From Candidatus Uhrbacteria bacterium (GTDB lineage: Bacteria > Patescibacteriota > Patescibacteriia > UBA9934 > GWF2-40-263), in NCBI GenBank assembly GCA_016188475.1, contig JACPHT010000008.1, positions 150,192-214,191 on the forward strand: DNA of 64,000 bases. Reading direction: 5' to 3'. This document shows positions 41,001 to 50,778 of the stretch, in pieces (within the stretch, counting starts at the first letter, position 1; each line of letters starts with the position of its first letter). Made by a program: the position numbers and the translations under genes. The notes beneath the pieces were generated by a model that searched no databases, had not been told where the DNA came from, and saw only the letters and a list, made by a program, of their open reading frames with translations.

Positions 41001-41517
41001 CACCAAATATCTCTACATACTCGCGAACAATTTCTTCAACCCTTTCCGACTTTTCAGACCTTTCCGATCTTGCTCTTATTGCTTCATCAATCTCACCTTG
41101 ATATCCACCTGAAAGCGCGATCAATCCTTTTGAATACTGACGTAAAACTTCCAAATCAATTCTTGGCTTGTAATAAAATCCTTCGAGAAATCCGACTGAG
41201 GAAAGATGGATCAAGTTTCGATAACCTTCTTCATTTTGCGCAAGACAAACAAGATGAAATGGTTTTGTATCAATGTGCGCGCGTTTCAAATAACGTCCTT
41301 CGCGCGAAAGATAAAAATCAACTCCGATGATTGGTTTGATTCCTGCGTCTTTTGCTTTTTGATAAAATTCCATCGCACCATACATCGCGCCATTATCAGT
41401 AAGCGCCACAGAATCCATACCGCAATTTTTGACATGCGAAATAATCTCTTTGATTTTCGGAAGAGCCTCGAGAAGCGAATAGTGTGAATGGGTGTGAAGG
41501 TGGACGAAAGAGGACAT
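38023..41517 (-). CDS. dnaE: DNA polymerase III alpha subunit
   Basis: FVHLHTHSHYSLL PHP domain, RGSAAGSLV, FERFLNPER..PDIDTDF, YGFNKSHA, OB fold. Confidence 0.98.
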   Translation of the reverse strand: MSSFVHLHTHSHYSLLEALPKIKEIISHVKNCGMDSVALTDNGAMYGAMEFYQKAKDAGIKPIIGVDFYLSREGRYLKRAHIDTKPFHLVCLAQNEEGYRNLIHLSSVGFLEGFYYKPRIDLEVLRQYSKGLIALSGGYQGEIDEAIRARSERSEKSERVEEIVREYVEIFGDGNFFLELVDRPEIAEQESTNAQLIELGKKMNVPIVATKNTLYLKPQDAEAWKILNCIKGGKTLEHFERINPYDYDASMVSAQYMEERFADVPEAIENTRRIADRCLLELELGKWNFPKFEIPEGQTFRQVLTQRAEQQLAEKEGPLTDVMEQRLAYELEIIDQKGFCPYFLIVSDFINWARSNGIVTTTRGSAAGSLVSYGIGISSINPLTYELPFERFLNPERPSAPDIDTDFADNRRDEVLDYVRGKYGQEKVSQICTFGTMLARGSVRDVGRALGFPYPMVDEIAKLVPMGSQGFPMTLTRALNEAPDLKKKFDTDANVRRIIDLAKQIEGCARHVSIHAAGAVIAPTDLTDFTPLQIDTREGKVITQYEMHAVETAGLVKMDFLGIRNLSILGDAVALVKKLKGIEIDIERIPINDKKTFSLLAKGHTMGVFQLNGEGMTKYLMDLKPERVEDLMAMVALYRPGPIESIPEYIKRKHDTSLISYLDPRMEPILKMSYGVIVYQDDVMLTAIHLGGYSWLEADKLRKAMGKKIPAEMALQKIKLLEGFIAHGLTDDKARQLWKLIEPFAAYGFNKSHAASYGMVAYQTAYMKANFPAEYMTALMTAEAGDLEKIAEAVHECERLGIEVLSPDINESRKDFTFMNDKQIRFGLLVVKNLGEEVVASIITERKNNGPFKDLSDFAGRISHHAFNKKSLEALIKSGALDRFGERRQLFENVDRILMHNKSIQKEISSNQQSLFSSSPTVMDSAITLRETEPAGIQELLAWEKELLGLYLSAHPFEQSASVLGPLIVPCAKVKDHPSSKLIHCGGVITAIKEIITKKGEPMAFVSVEDATGVVELVLFPEVFTRSKFSLQLDQLTLVSAKVSRRNGELSLLANGLIGYTEDQLPQLVQMLSRGQWADPKTVVAQVPVITGTLSIALQGNPAPELVSRLREILQRSPGQTSVCLLVESGGRVRQIETDYSVFISDEIVDEIASLVGRQNVKVT

Positions 41518-41526
41518 ATGTGTACT

Positions 41527-41576
41527 TCCGACTTCTGATTTCTGATTTCTGATCTCTGATCTCCGATCTCTGATTT
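41527..41576. repeat. 7-bp tandem repeat (TCTGATY-like) upstream of dnaE
   Basis: TCCGACT TCTGATT TCTGATT TCTGATC TCTGATC TCCGATC TCTGATT. Confidence 0.85.
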
Positions 41577-41611
41577 AAGAGATTACCATTTCCGAGTCCA
41601 TGAATCAAAAA

Positions 41612-41665
41612 AACGCAGGTCGAAGCCTGCGCCACCATACAACGCAGGCTAAAGCCTGCGGCTAC
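41612..41665 (-). repeat. Two GTAG-type REP-like palindromes
   Basis: Minus strand GTAGCCGCAGGCTTTAGCCTGCGTT and GGTGGCGCAGGCTTCGACCTGCGTT. Confidence 0.7.
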
Positions 41666-41961
41666 TTACTTTTTTTCTTACTCTTTTTTGTCTTTTCCAA
41701 CCGTTTATCAACAATATACTCCATTCCTTTTGCCGCTAATTGAACCACAACTCCCAAAGACGAAGTGGCTGTTTCAAATTTAGATTGAATTCCTGAAAGC
41801 GCTGATTCAACTTTGTGCATCACTTCTTTTCCTTCATTCATCGTTTCATTCACGTTTCTCAACATTGATGCCATCTGCCACAAAAGCCAAAAAATTGCGG
41901 CCGTAAGCCAAAGCGCGCAGAAAGCAAGTACAATGTACAAAATATCAAGTGGGGAAAACAT
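41662..41961 (-). CDS. Small membrane-anchored hypothetical protein
   Basis: N-terminal TM, coiled coil, basic tail. Confidence 0.75.
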   Translation of the reverse strand: MFSPLDILYIVLAFCALWLTAAIFWLLWQMASMLRNVNETMNEGKEVMHKVESALSGIQSKFETATSSLGVVVQLAAKGMEYIVDKRLEKTKKSKKKSK

Positions 41962-42007
41962 AGAAAAAAGGTCTGAGAGGACGGAAAGGACGGAAAGGAC
42001 GGAAATG

Positions 42008-44470
42008 TTACGATCTTAGTATAGCATGAAATTCTTCTTCCAGCACATGACGAATTTTTTCAACTTCTTGATCAACTTCTTTTGATTCTAACGTTCGTTC
42101 ATCAGATCTAAATGACAAATGAATCGCGAGAGATTTTTTTCCTTCTTCAACCCCTTTGCCGCGATAAACATCAAACAATTCAATTCGTTCAAGAAGTGTT
42201 GAAGTTTTTCCTAACTTCTCTTCGATTGTTTCGTATTCAGAACGTTCATCAAGAACAAACGCTAAATCGCGTTTCACTTCTGGAAATTGTGGAAGCTGTT
42301 TGAATGATTTAATCGATGTGCATTTCGAAAAAAATTCTGGCTCATGAATGTCAATCAAAACGCAAACAGGATCCAAACCAAAATTTTTCACGAACATGTC
42401 GCTCACTTGCCCAATTTCGCCAACATAATTTTTGCCAATATAAATTGCTGCGAGACGGCCGTCGTGATAATGCGCGATGTAGTCAGCCGGATCGCGTGAA
42501 CGTTCGAGTGACCAGTCGTTGATTCCTAGTTCTCGCATCAATCGCGCAAGCGCGCCTTTTGCACGCAAAAATAATTCACGTCCATCTTTTCCATAGCAAG
42601 CAATCACAAGATGTAATGGTTCATCAGGCAGATTGCCTTTTTTTGGAATGTAAACTGGAGCAATTTCAAACAAATCCGCTTCTGGAAAACGATGCTGATT
42701 CTGTTCGACTGTTGTGAGCATGCTCGGAACAAGAGACGGACGCATAAATTCAAATTCACTACTTAATGGATTGCGCAAAAAAACCGCATAATCTTTTTTC
42801 ATTCCGTACGCAGTGAGCTGTTTTTCGGAAATGAACGAATACGAATATATTTCTGTAAAACCAGCGCCTTTAAGAACTTCTTTTGTTCGACGCTGAAACT
42901 TTATCGCTTGATCTTCTTGAATCAACTGAATTTCGCCAGCCGGAAAAACCGACGGAAAATTCGCATACCCATACACGCGAGCGATCTCTTCAACAAAATC
43001 AACTGATGCTTCAATATCATGGTCGCGCCAGTATGGGACAGTAATCTGAAAATATTTATTCACTGAGCGAAGGCCTGTTACCCCTTCTACAAGCTCAGGG
43101 AGTAACTGGCCTGAGTCGAAGGGTCCTTTTACAACAAATCCGAGTCGCTCCAGAATTTCAACCATCTTTTTGTCTTCCATTTCAATTCCCATGAGTGCGC
43201 GTGCTTTTTGCGGATCAAAATCAAACACGCGTGATTCGTAAGACTTTGCTTGTTCTGTCATAACTGACGAAGCGGTTTTTCCACCAGTGAGTTCAGTAAT
43301 GAGTTCCACAGCTCGCGCAAGCGCCGGCTCGGTAGATTCTGTTGAAAGACCTTTCTCAAATAACAATTGCGAATCAGAATACAAATTCAGCGCGCGCGCT
43401 GTGCGTCGAACAGAAACAGGATCAAACGTCGCGCTCTCAATCAAAACACGCGTTGTATTTTCGGTTGTCGCTGTTGCTTCCCCTCCCATTACTCCTGCGA
43501 CCGCAACAACTTTTTTCGCATCAGCAATCACAAGCATATCATCTGAAAATTCATAATCCTTTCCATCAAGCGCTTTCATTTTTTCACCTTTTTTTGCTTT
43601 GCGAACAATAATTTTTTCACCATCAAGTTTGTCAGCGTCAAACGCATGAAGCGGCTGGCCGTATTCGTGTAAAACGTAATTTGTAATATCAACGACATTA
43701 TTTATCGGACGATGGCCAGCAAGCAGTAAACGTTTTTGCAACCACCACGGCGACGGCCCGACTTTTACGTTTTCAATCAAAATGGCGGAATATTTCGGAC
43801 AAAGTCTTGGTTCTTTAACTTCAATCGTAAACCTATCATCATCTTCTTTCAGACCTTTCAGACCTTTCAGTCCTTTCAGACCTTGTTCTGTAACAACCGC
43901 CCCTTCCCTCGCCTGCCCAACAATACTCATGCAATCAACACGATTACTCGTTACTTCAATATCAAAAATAGTGTCGTCAAGTTCAAGCGCTTTCGCAATT
44001 GACGTTCCGGGTTTTGCAGAAGTAAGTTCTGTTATATCCCAAATCTCATGATATCCATGTGGCAACTTTTCAAAACCGATTTCTTCAACAGCGCAAATCA
44101 TACCATGACTTTCTACTCCACGAATTTTTGTTTTTGCAAGTTCAACCAAATCCCCTTCTCCGTGCCATTTAACTTTTGCCCCAGGAAGTCCCACAACCAC
44201 TCGTTGTCCTTGCGACAAGTTCACACCTCCGCAAACAATTTCAACAGTCCCATGTCCAACATCAGTTAGAGCGATCTTTAGCTTGTCAGCGTTTGGATGC
44301 GGCTTCACTTCTTTTACAAAACCAACGACTATTTTTTCAAATCGCTCTGAAAGTTGATCCATCCGCTCAACAGAATTTCCGACAGCAGTTGTTTTCTTCG
44401 CAAATTCTTCCGGCGAAAGATCAGTGTCAAGATATTCTTTAATCCAATTGTAGGAAGTAAGAATGTTCAT
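42008..44470 (-). CDS. pheT: Phenylalanine--tRNA ligase beta subunit
   Basis: HPNADKL, IRGVESHGMIC, INNVVDITNYV, EEIARVYGY, FDVYRG. Confidence 0.98.
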   Translation of the reverse strand: MNILTSYNWIKEYLDTDLSPEEFAKKTTAVGNSVERMDQLSERFEKIVVGFVKEVKPHPNADKLKIALTDVGHGTVEIVCGGVNLSQGQRVVVGLPGAKVKWHGEGDLVELAKTKIRGVESHGMICAVEEIGFEKLPHGYHEIWDITELTSAKPGTSIAKALELDDTIFDIEVTSNRVDCMSIVGQAREGAVVTEQGLKGLKGLKGLKEDDDRFTIEVKEPRLCPKYSAILIENVKVGPSPWWLQKRLLLAGHRPINNVVDITNYVLHEYGQPLHAFDADKLDGEKIIVRKAKKGEKMKALDGKDYEFSDDMLVIADAKKVVAVAGVMGGEATATTENTTRVLIESATFDPVSVRRTARALNLYSDSQLLFEKGLSTESTEPALARAVELITELTGGKTASSVMTEQAKSYESRVFDFDPQKARALMGIEMEDKKMVEILERLGFVVKGPFDSGQLLPELVEGVTGLRSVNKYFQITVPYWRDHDIEASVDFVEEIARVYGYANFPSVFPAGEIQLIQEDQAIKFQRRTKEVLKGAGFTEIYSYSFISEKQLTAYGMKKDYAVFLRNPLSSEFEFMRPSLVPSMLTTVEQNQHRFPEADLFEIAPVYIPKKGNLPDEPLHLVIACYGKDGRELFLRAKGALARLMRELGINDWSLERSRDPADYIAHYHDGRLAAIYIGKNYVGEIGQVSDMFVKNFGLDPVCVLIDIHEPEFFSKCTSIKSFKQLPQFPEVKRDLAFVLDERSEYETIEEKLGKTSTLLERIELFDVYRGKGVEEGKKSLAIHLSFRSDERTLESKEVDQEVEKIRHVLEEEFHAILRS
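43061..43123. repeat. Nested palindromic repeat inserted in frame in pheT
   Basis: CACTGAGCG-AAGGCC-TGTTAC-CCCTTCTACAAGCTCAGGG-AGTAAC-TGGCCT-GAGTCGAAGGG encodes PFDSGQLLPELVEGVTGLRSV. Confidence 0.75.
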
Positions 44471-44473
44471 AAT

Positions 44474-45520
44474 TTAAAACTGCTTCACAAATCTCAAATC
44501 ATTTTTATATAACACACGAATGTCATCGATTTTAATTCCTTCACGCATCATGAGTGTTCGCTCAACTCCCCAACCAAAAGCGAATCCGGAATAAACTTCA
44601 GGATCATGTCCGCCGGCTTTGATTACATTTGGATGAACCATTCCGGCGCCTCCAAGTTCAAGCCAACCACCTTTGCATAAACGGCAATTTCCATTTTCAT
44701 TTCCACCGCAGACTCCACATGTGATATCAACTTCGAAACTCGGTTCTGTGAATCTAAAGTGATGCGGGCGCAAACGCGTGCGTCTATTGGGTCCAAAAAA
44801 TGTCTTTGCAAAATAATCTAGAATTCCTTTCAAATGAACAACCGAGATATTTTTATCAATCATCAATCCTTCAAACTGATGAAACATCGGGATATGGCTT
44901 ATATCAATCTGACGACGATACGTCCGATTGATATTTATAATGCGAATCGGCGGCTTTGTAGTTTCCATCACACGCACTTGGGAATTTGAAGTGTGAGGTG
45001 TTAAAACTATTTTCCCTTTCTTTCCTTCAGGCAAATCAACAAAAAACGTTTCCCAATCATCGCGAGCTGGATGATCTTTCGGCATGTTAAGAGATTCGAA
45101 AACGTAATAATCCCAATCTATCTCTGGAGCGCGCACTGAAGTAAAACCTACACGCGCGAAAATGTCAGTGATCTCCGAGATGGCTTGTGTAACAGGATGA
45201 AGATGACCTTCGGATGGAAATTTTCCAGGCTCTGTTACGTCAATCCATTCTTGGTCAAGACGAGAACCAGGATGTCTCATATCAAGCTCCGATTCTTTTT
45301 GTCCGTAAGCGGTTTCTAGCGCGTCTTTTATTTCATTAGCCAACTTGCCGATTGCTTTTCGTTCTTCATCAGCAAGAGTAGCAACATCTTTGAGAAGCGT
45401 TTTGAGTTTTCCTTTGCGTCCCAAAAATTCATTTTTTACTTCTTCAAGCGCAACATGATCTTTCACATCGCGTAAAGTGTTTTCAAAATCTTTTTTTAAT
45501 TGCTCCAATTCAATTTTCAT
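44474..45520 (-). CDS. pheS: Phenylalanine--tRNA ligase alpha subunit
   Basis: GHLHPV, HPARD, FHQFEGL, FRFTEPSFE, GFAFGWGVER. Confidence 0.98.
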   Translation of the reverse strand: MKIELEQLKKDFENTLRDVKDHVALEEVKNEFLGRKGKLKTLLKDVATLADEERKAIGKLANEIKDALETAYGQKESELDMRHPGSRLDQEWIDVTEPGKFPSEGHLHPVTQAISEITDIFARVGFTSVRAPEIDWDYYVFESLNMPKDHPARDDWETFFVDLPEGKKGKIVLTPHTSNSQVRVMETTKPPIRIININRTYRRQIDISHIPMFHQFEGLMIDKNISVVHLKGILDYFAKTFFGPNRRTRLRPHHFRFTEPSFEVDITCGVCGGNENGNCRLCKGGWLELGGAGMVHPNVIKAGGHDPEVYSGFAFGWGVERTLMMREGIKIDDIRVLYKNDLRFVKQF

Positions 45521-45529
45521 ATTATTTTT

Positions 45530-45612
45530 GTCATTGCGAGAGAGCGCCAGCGACCGAAGCAATCTCTTTGCTTAGATTGCTTCGTCGTCACTACGTTCCT
45601 CCTCGCAATGAC
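45530..45612. repeat. Full GTCATTGCGAG...CTCGCAATGAC palindromic element
   Basis: GTCATTGCGAG...GAAGCAATCT...AGATTGCTTC...CTCGCAATGAC. Confidence 0.85.
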
Positions 45613-45617
45613 GCGGA

Positions 45618-46727
45618 CTAAATGAGTGATTTAATCGCTCCTAATATCTCATCTCCAAAATTTACAAAATCTTTATAAGTCACAAGAACAACAAGAACCA
45701 TAAGCAACAGGAATCCTAAATTGTGAACTGCTGTTTCTATTTTCACATTGACGTTTCTTCCGCGCAACTTTTCGATAATCAAAAACATCAAGCGTCCGCC
45801 ATCAAGCGCCGGAAACGGCAGAACATTTATTACAGCAAGATTGATTGACAAAAGCGCTGTGAATTGTAAAAGATGAATAATTCCAAGCGCCGCAACTTGT
45901 CCTGTTAAAACAGCAATACCGACAGGACCTGAGAGATCGACTCCAACGCCTTTTCCAGCAATTAAACTTCCAATAATTCCAATAAACGCCGCGACAATCG
46001 CATATGTTAACTCCACGGTCGTTGTAACTCCTTGCCAGATTGCCTGAAAAAAAGGATACGACACAAAACCTGTTAGCTCAAATCCAAGTCCTACGCCAAC
46101 AAGATCTGTTCCTTCAAGCGGCTTGGAAGTCAAAACAAAAGTTTTACTAGGTTCGTCTTTTGCTTGAGTGGCAAGTTTTATTTCGCCCAATCCTTTTTCT
46201 AAAATATAATCTCGCGCGTCTTGAGCTGAATTGAAAACTTGTCCGTCAATAGAAACAATACGATCGCCTTCGTTCACACCGGCTTCAAAAGCCGGAGATT
46301 TTTCCAAAACTGTCATGATTGTAAGTTCTGGTTGATTAACTCGAGCAGACTTTGGCAAGTTGTTATCAACAACGCTCGGCAAACCAACCATAAATCCGAT
46401 TGAAAAAAGAACTGCCGCAAGAACTAAATTCATTGCAACACCAGCTATCAAAACAGAGAAACGTTGCCAGATTTTTTTTGACGAAAAACTGTCCGGATCT
46501 TCTTTGTGATCGCCAGACTCGCCTTTGATTCGCACAAACCCGCCAAGCGGAATCCAATTGATCGAATATATTGTTTCTCCGCGTTTTATTCCAAATAATT
46601 TTGGCGGAAATCCAAATCCAAATTCTTCAACTTTCATTCCAGTTTTTTTAGCAACCAAAAAATGTCCGAGTTCGTGGACAAAAACGAGCAAAGATAAAAC
46701 GATGATGAAAATCAATAATGTCAGCAT
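45618..46727 (-). CDS. rseP: RIP metalloprotease RseP (M50, PDZ)
   Basis: HELGH, IPLGGFV, PDZ domain, NVLPFPALDGG. Confidence 0.95.
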   Translation of the reverse strand: MLTLLIFIIVLSLLVFVHELGHFLVAKKTGMKVEEFGFGFPPKLFGIKRGETIYSINWIPLGGFVRIKGESGDHKEDPDSFSSKKIWQRFSVLIAGVAMNLVLAAVLFSIGFMVGLPSVVDNNLPKSARVNQPELTIMTVLEKSPAFEAGVNEGDRIVSIDGQVFNSAQDARDYILEKGLGEIKLATQAKDEPSKTFVLTSKPLEGTDLVGVGLGFELTGFVSYPFFQAIWQGVTTTVELTYAIVAAFIGIIGSLIAGKGVGVDLSGPVGIAVLTGQVAALGIIHLLQFTALLSINLAVINVLPFPALDGGRLMFLIIEKLRGRNVNVKIETAVHNLGFLLLMVLVVLVTYKDFVNFGDEILGAIKSLI

Positions 46728-46733
46728 ATCATT

Positions 46734-47942
46734 TTACGAAATCACTCTAACAAAATGTCTTTTTCCTTTTTGGATTAGAACACCTTCTTTTGTTGGTTTA
46801 ATAATCTGTTCCAAATCTTCAACAATTTTTCCATCCAATTTAACTCCACCGCCTTCGATCAATCGCCGCGCGTCGGACTTTGATTTTGCAATTCCTGAAT
46901 CAACCAAAACATCAACCAAAGACATCGCCGATGTAATTTTGTGTTCTAGAATATTCTCTGGCGTTTCATGTTCCTTAAACATCTGGTCGAACCGATCGCT
47001 CGCCTCTTGAGCTTCTTTTTCTCCAAAGTATTGCGAAACAATTTCTCGAGCAAGTCGCGCTTTCAAATCGCGCGGATTTATTCCGTTTTTCATTTCTTTT
47101 TTAATCGGTTCAAGTTCAATGTCAGTTAAAATTTCAAACCCCGGTAAAATCATCCCGTCAGTCCAACTCATAATCTTTCCAAACATATCATCGCTCGAAT
47201 CAGACAGTCGGATTATGTTTCCTTCGCTCTTTCCCATTTTTTTGCCAGTTGGATCTTCAAGAAGTTTATTTGCGATCACAAACTTTTCTTTTCCTTTCAT
47301 CGCTTTCATGAGCGTGCGTCCAGCGAGCATGTTAAATGTTTGATCATTTCCACCGACTTCTCCGTCAACATCCATTGCAACACAATCATAACCTTGCATG
47401 AGAGGATAGAGAAACTCGTGCATGTAAATATCTTTACCGTCTTTTATCCTTTGTTTGAACATATCTCGCGCTAACATTTGTGGAACAGTAAAATGTGCCG
47501 CGAGTTCGATTACCTCAGCAAAACTCATTTTCCCAAGCCACTCACTATTGTATTTGAGTTCAACCGAATTTTTTCCACCAAAATCCAAAATTTTTCCGGC
47601 TTGTTCTTTATATTTTTCTGCATTTTTCAAAACCTGCTCGCGAGTTAGTCGAACACGCGTTGCTGATTTGTCAGTTGGATCGCCAATCATTCCTGTAAAA
47701 TCTCCGATGAGTAGAATAATTTTATGGCCAAGATCTTGAAACTGACGCAATTTTCGAAGTTGTATTGAATGACCGATATGTAAATCCGGTCCTGTTGGAT
47801 CAATTCCAAGATAAAGCGAAAGTTGCTTCCCTTCTTTCAAGCGCGTTTCCAAAAATTCGCGAGAAGGAAAAATATTTTCCACTCCACGCGTCAGAAGCGT
47901 TTCGATTTTTTTTGGATCTGTGTCAATAGTCATACGGTTCAA
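46734..47942 (-). CDS. tyrS: Tyrosine--tRNA ligase
   Basis: YLGIDPTG..HIGH, YPLMQGYD, KMGKS, S4 domain. Confidence 0.97.
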   Translation of the reverse strand: MNRMTIDTDPKKIETLLTRGVENIFPSREFLETRLKEGKQLSLYLGIDPTGPDLHIGHSIQLRKLRQFQDLGHKIILLIGDFTGMIGDPTDKSATRVRLTREQVLKNAEKYKEQAGKILDFGGKNSVELKYNSEWLGKMSFAEVIELAAHFTVPQMLARDMFKQRIKDGKDIYMHEFLYPLMQGYDCVAMDVDGEVGGNDQTFNMLAGRTLMKAMKGKEKFVIANKLLEDPTGKKMGKSEGNIIRLSDSSDDMFGKIMSWTDGMILPGFEILTDIELEPIKKEMKNGINPRDLKARLAREIVSQYFGEKEAQEASDRFDQMFKEHETPENILEHKITSAMSLVDVLVDSGIAKSKSDARRLIEGGGVKLDGKIVEDLEQIIKPTKEGVLIQKGKRHFVRVIS

Positions 47943-47944
47943 TT

Positions 47945-49288
47945 CTATTCATTTTCTTTGATAAAAGCAATCAACTCGTCACGCTTTTCTTTCATCAACT
48001 CATCGCTGGTTGCTTCGACAATTAATCGCAAAAGCGGTTCTGTATTCGACGGACGAATAATAAACCACCAATCACGATCAAACTCACAGCGAATTCCATC
48101 GAGTTTATTCACAAAACTTGCGCGATTCACGTAATTTTTTTCGATCGCTGAAATCGCTTTTGCTTTATCACGAACTTCTAAATTCACTTCCCAGCTATTT
48201 GAATAATTGTGAAAATCTTTTGTCAGATCAGAAAATGTTTTTCCAGATCGTCTCCAAATTCCAAGAACATTTACAAAGGCAAAATCAACTGATTCAAGCC
48301 CGCCAAATTCTTTGAAAAAAAAGTGACCGGAAACTTCGCCGCTAAGCGATGCGCCAAAATCATGCATCGCGCCTATCACAAACGTTCGTCCAATTCGAAT
48401 CTCAATTATTTCTCCGCCATTCTCGCGAATTGTGTCGCTTGAAATCCAACTCTGATTTGGTGAAACAACAACTTTCGCTCCGGGTTCGCGTAAAAGTAAA
48501 TCTTTAGAGAGCAAAGCCAACATCTGATCACCGCGCAAAGTGTTCCCTTCGTTATCAACAAACCCAATGCGATCAGAATCACCGTCGAGTGCGATCCCAA
48601 AATCAGCACGCTCTGCAACAACAACTTTTCTCAACACTAACATATTCTCCTCAATCGCGGGATTCGGTTCGTGATTTGGAAAACTTGCATCTGGTTCTGG
48701 AAATAATTCAATCAAATTTATTCCAAGCCCAGCCGCAAGTGGCCTAATGCTCAAAGATCCCATTCCATTTCCATAATCAACAACAATCTTGACTCCTGAA
48801 ACATCTGGAATGCTTACGGTTGTTATGCATTTATCTAAATACAAAGGCAAAATATTTTGTTTTGAAACAGAACCAGAGGTTTCAGCATGCGAAATTCCGG
48901 ATTTTATCAACTGTAAAATCTCTTGGCCCGAAATTGGAACTCCAGTATTATAAGCCATCTTTATTCCATTATACTTCGAGGGATTGTGAGAGGCTGTTAC
49001 CATGAGGCCAGCATCTACATTTTCTTGAGATGAAACCGCGAAGTTATACATTGAAGTCGAACACAAACCAATATCAATTACATTTGCTCCCATTGACGCG
49101 ATTCCTTCAATCGCGGCGTGAGAAAGTTCCTGACTTGTGGATCGCATATCTCTTCCAACAATAACAGTTTTTGCTGAAGTTTTAACAACAAGTGCCATAC
49201 CGACTTGTCTTGCAATTTCTGGCGTAACCTCTTCAAGCAGACCTCGAATGTCATAAGCCTTAAAAATATGGTCTGGAAGTGTGTTCAT
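47945..49288 (-). CDS. Phosphomannomutase/phosphoglucomutase
   Basis: FKAYDIRG, TASHNP, DGDSDR, GEVSGH, RPSNTEP. Confidence 0.93.
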   Translation of the reverse strand: MNTLPDHIFKAYDIRGLLEEVTPEIARQVGMALVVKTSAKTVIVGRDMRSTSQELSHAAIEGIASMGANVIDIGLCSTSMYNFAVSSQENVDAGLMVTASHNPSKYNGIKMAYNTGVPISGQEILQLIKSGISHAETSGSVSKQNILPLYLDKCITTVSIPDVSGVKIVVDYGNGMGSLSIRPLAAGLGINLIELFPEPDASFPNHEPNPAIEENMLVLRKVVVAERADFGIALDGDSDRIGFVDNEGNTLRGDQMLALLSKDLLLREPGAKVVVSPNQSWISSDTIRENGGEIIEIRIGRTFVIGAMHDFGASLSGEVSGHFFFKEFGGLESVDFAFVNVLGIWRRSGKTFSDLTKDFHNYSNSWEVNLEVRDKAKAISAIEKNYVNRASFVNKLDGIRCEFDRDWWFIIRPSNTEPLLRLIVEATSDELMKEKRDELIAFIKENE

Positions 49289-49344
49289 AATTGACGATTT
49301 TGGCTTATTCACGTAAGATTTACTTAGAATTAACCTACAAAAAT

Positions 49345-49896
49345 ATGGAACTTATTTGGGTCCTTGTAATTATAGTTGTCCTGCTCGCGCTTTGGCTTAT
49401 TCTAACATATAACGGCCTAATCAGCTCAAGAAATAGAGTGGATGAAGCCTGGTCGGATATTGAAGTTCAGCTCAAGCGCAGATACGACTTGATTCCAAAC
49501 ATCGTAAATACGGTGAAGGGATACGCAACACACGAAGAAAGCGTGTTTAGCAAAGTAACAGAAGCGCGCTCGGCCGCAATGGGAGCTCACACAATGAAAG
49601 ATCACGCGAAAGCGGAAAACATGTTGAGCGAAACGCTTAAGTCTCTTTTTGCTGTTGCTGAAAGCTATCCGCAATTGCAAGCTTCGCAAAACTTCCTTCA
49701 ACTTCAACACGAACTCACAGATGCGGAAGACAAAATCCAGGCCGCGCGACGTTTCTACAACGCAAATACTCGCGACTTCAATACAAAGCTCGAAGTCTTC
49801 CCAACAAATTTAATTGCTGGAACATTTGGATTTACGCGTCGAGAATTTTTTGACGCGCCTGATGTTGAACTTGAAAAACCGGTGGTTCAGTTCTAA
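49345..49896 (+). CDS. lemA: LemA family protein
   Basis: QLKRRYDLIPN, AVAESYPQL, RRFYN, FPTNLIA. Confidence 0.95.
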   Translation: MELIWVLVIIVVLLALWLILTYNGLISSRNRVDEAWSDIEVQLKRRYDLIPNIVNTVKGYATHEESVFSKVTEARSAAMGAHTMKDHAKAENMLSETLKSLFAVAESYPQLQASQNFLQLQHELTDAEDKIQAARRFYNANTRDFNTKLEVFPTNLIAGTFGFTRREFFDAPDVELEKPVVQF

Positions 49897-49898
49897 AT

Positions 49899-50777
49899 AT
49901 GTATTCGCAAATAACTGCGAACAAAAGAAAGACTTGGATTTTAATTTTTGCGTTCGTTGTAGTCATCGTATTGCTCGGATGGATTTTCGGAGCTTGGGCT
50001 GGTGATGGGCGATTTGGAATTATCGCGGCTGTCATTATTGCGACAATCATGACACTTGTTGGATATTACAAAGGTGATTCAGTTGCACTAGCGGTTTCTG
50101 GCGCAAAAGAAATTAAAAAACAAGATAGTCCTGAACTTTATCGGCTGGTTGAAAACTTAAGTATCGCTTCTGGCCTTCAAACACCAAAAGTTTTCATCAT
50201 TCAAGACAGATCAGCAAATGCGTTTGCAACTGGTCGCGATCCACAACATGCGTCAGTTGCGGTTACAACAGGACTTTTACAAATCATGGACAAACAAGAA
50301 CTCGAAGGTGTTCTCGCGCACGAACTTTCACACATTAAAAATTACGACATCCGTGTAATGACAATAGTCGTTGTGCTCGTTGGAGTGATAATGCTTTTGT
50401 CAGACTGGATGTTGCGCTCGATGTTTCATTCCGATCGCGACAACAAAGCCGCTGGAATTCTAGTAATTGTCGGAATTGTTTTAGCGATTTTGTCTCCACT
50501 GTTTGCAGAACTTATCAAACTGGCGGTTTCACGTTCGCGAGAATACTTGGCAGACGCGTCCGGTGCGCTTCTCACTCGTTATCCTGAAGGTCTTGCGCGA
50601 GCTTTGGAAAAAATCGCAATCCACGATAAACCAATGCGAAAAGCGAATCACGCGACAGCACATTTATTTCTCGCCAATCCATTTGATCCACATGTTACAA
50701 AAAAATTTGAACATTTGTTTTCAACTCACCCGCCGATTGAGGAAAGAATAGCGAAACTAAAAAAAATGGCTATTTGA
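49899..50777 (+). CDS. htpX: Zinc metalloprotease HtpX (M48)
   Basis: NAFATG, HELSH, SRSREYLAD, FSTHPP. Confidence 0.95.
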   Translation: MYSQITANKRKTWILIFAFVVVIVLLGWIFGAWAGDGRFGIIAAVIIATIMTLVGYYKGDSVALAVSGAKEIKKQDSPELYRLVENLSIASGLQTPKVFIIQDRSANAFATGRDPQHASVAVTTGLLQIMDKQELEGVLAHELSHIKNYDIRVMTIVVVLVGVIMLLSDWMLRSMFHSDRDNKAAGILVIVGIVLAILSPLFAELIKLAVSRSREYLADASGALLTRYPEGLARALEKIAIHDKPMRKANHATAHLFLANPFDPHVTKKFEHLFSTHPPIEERIAKLKKMAI

Positions 50778-50778
50778 T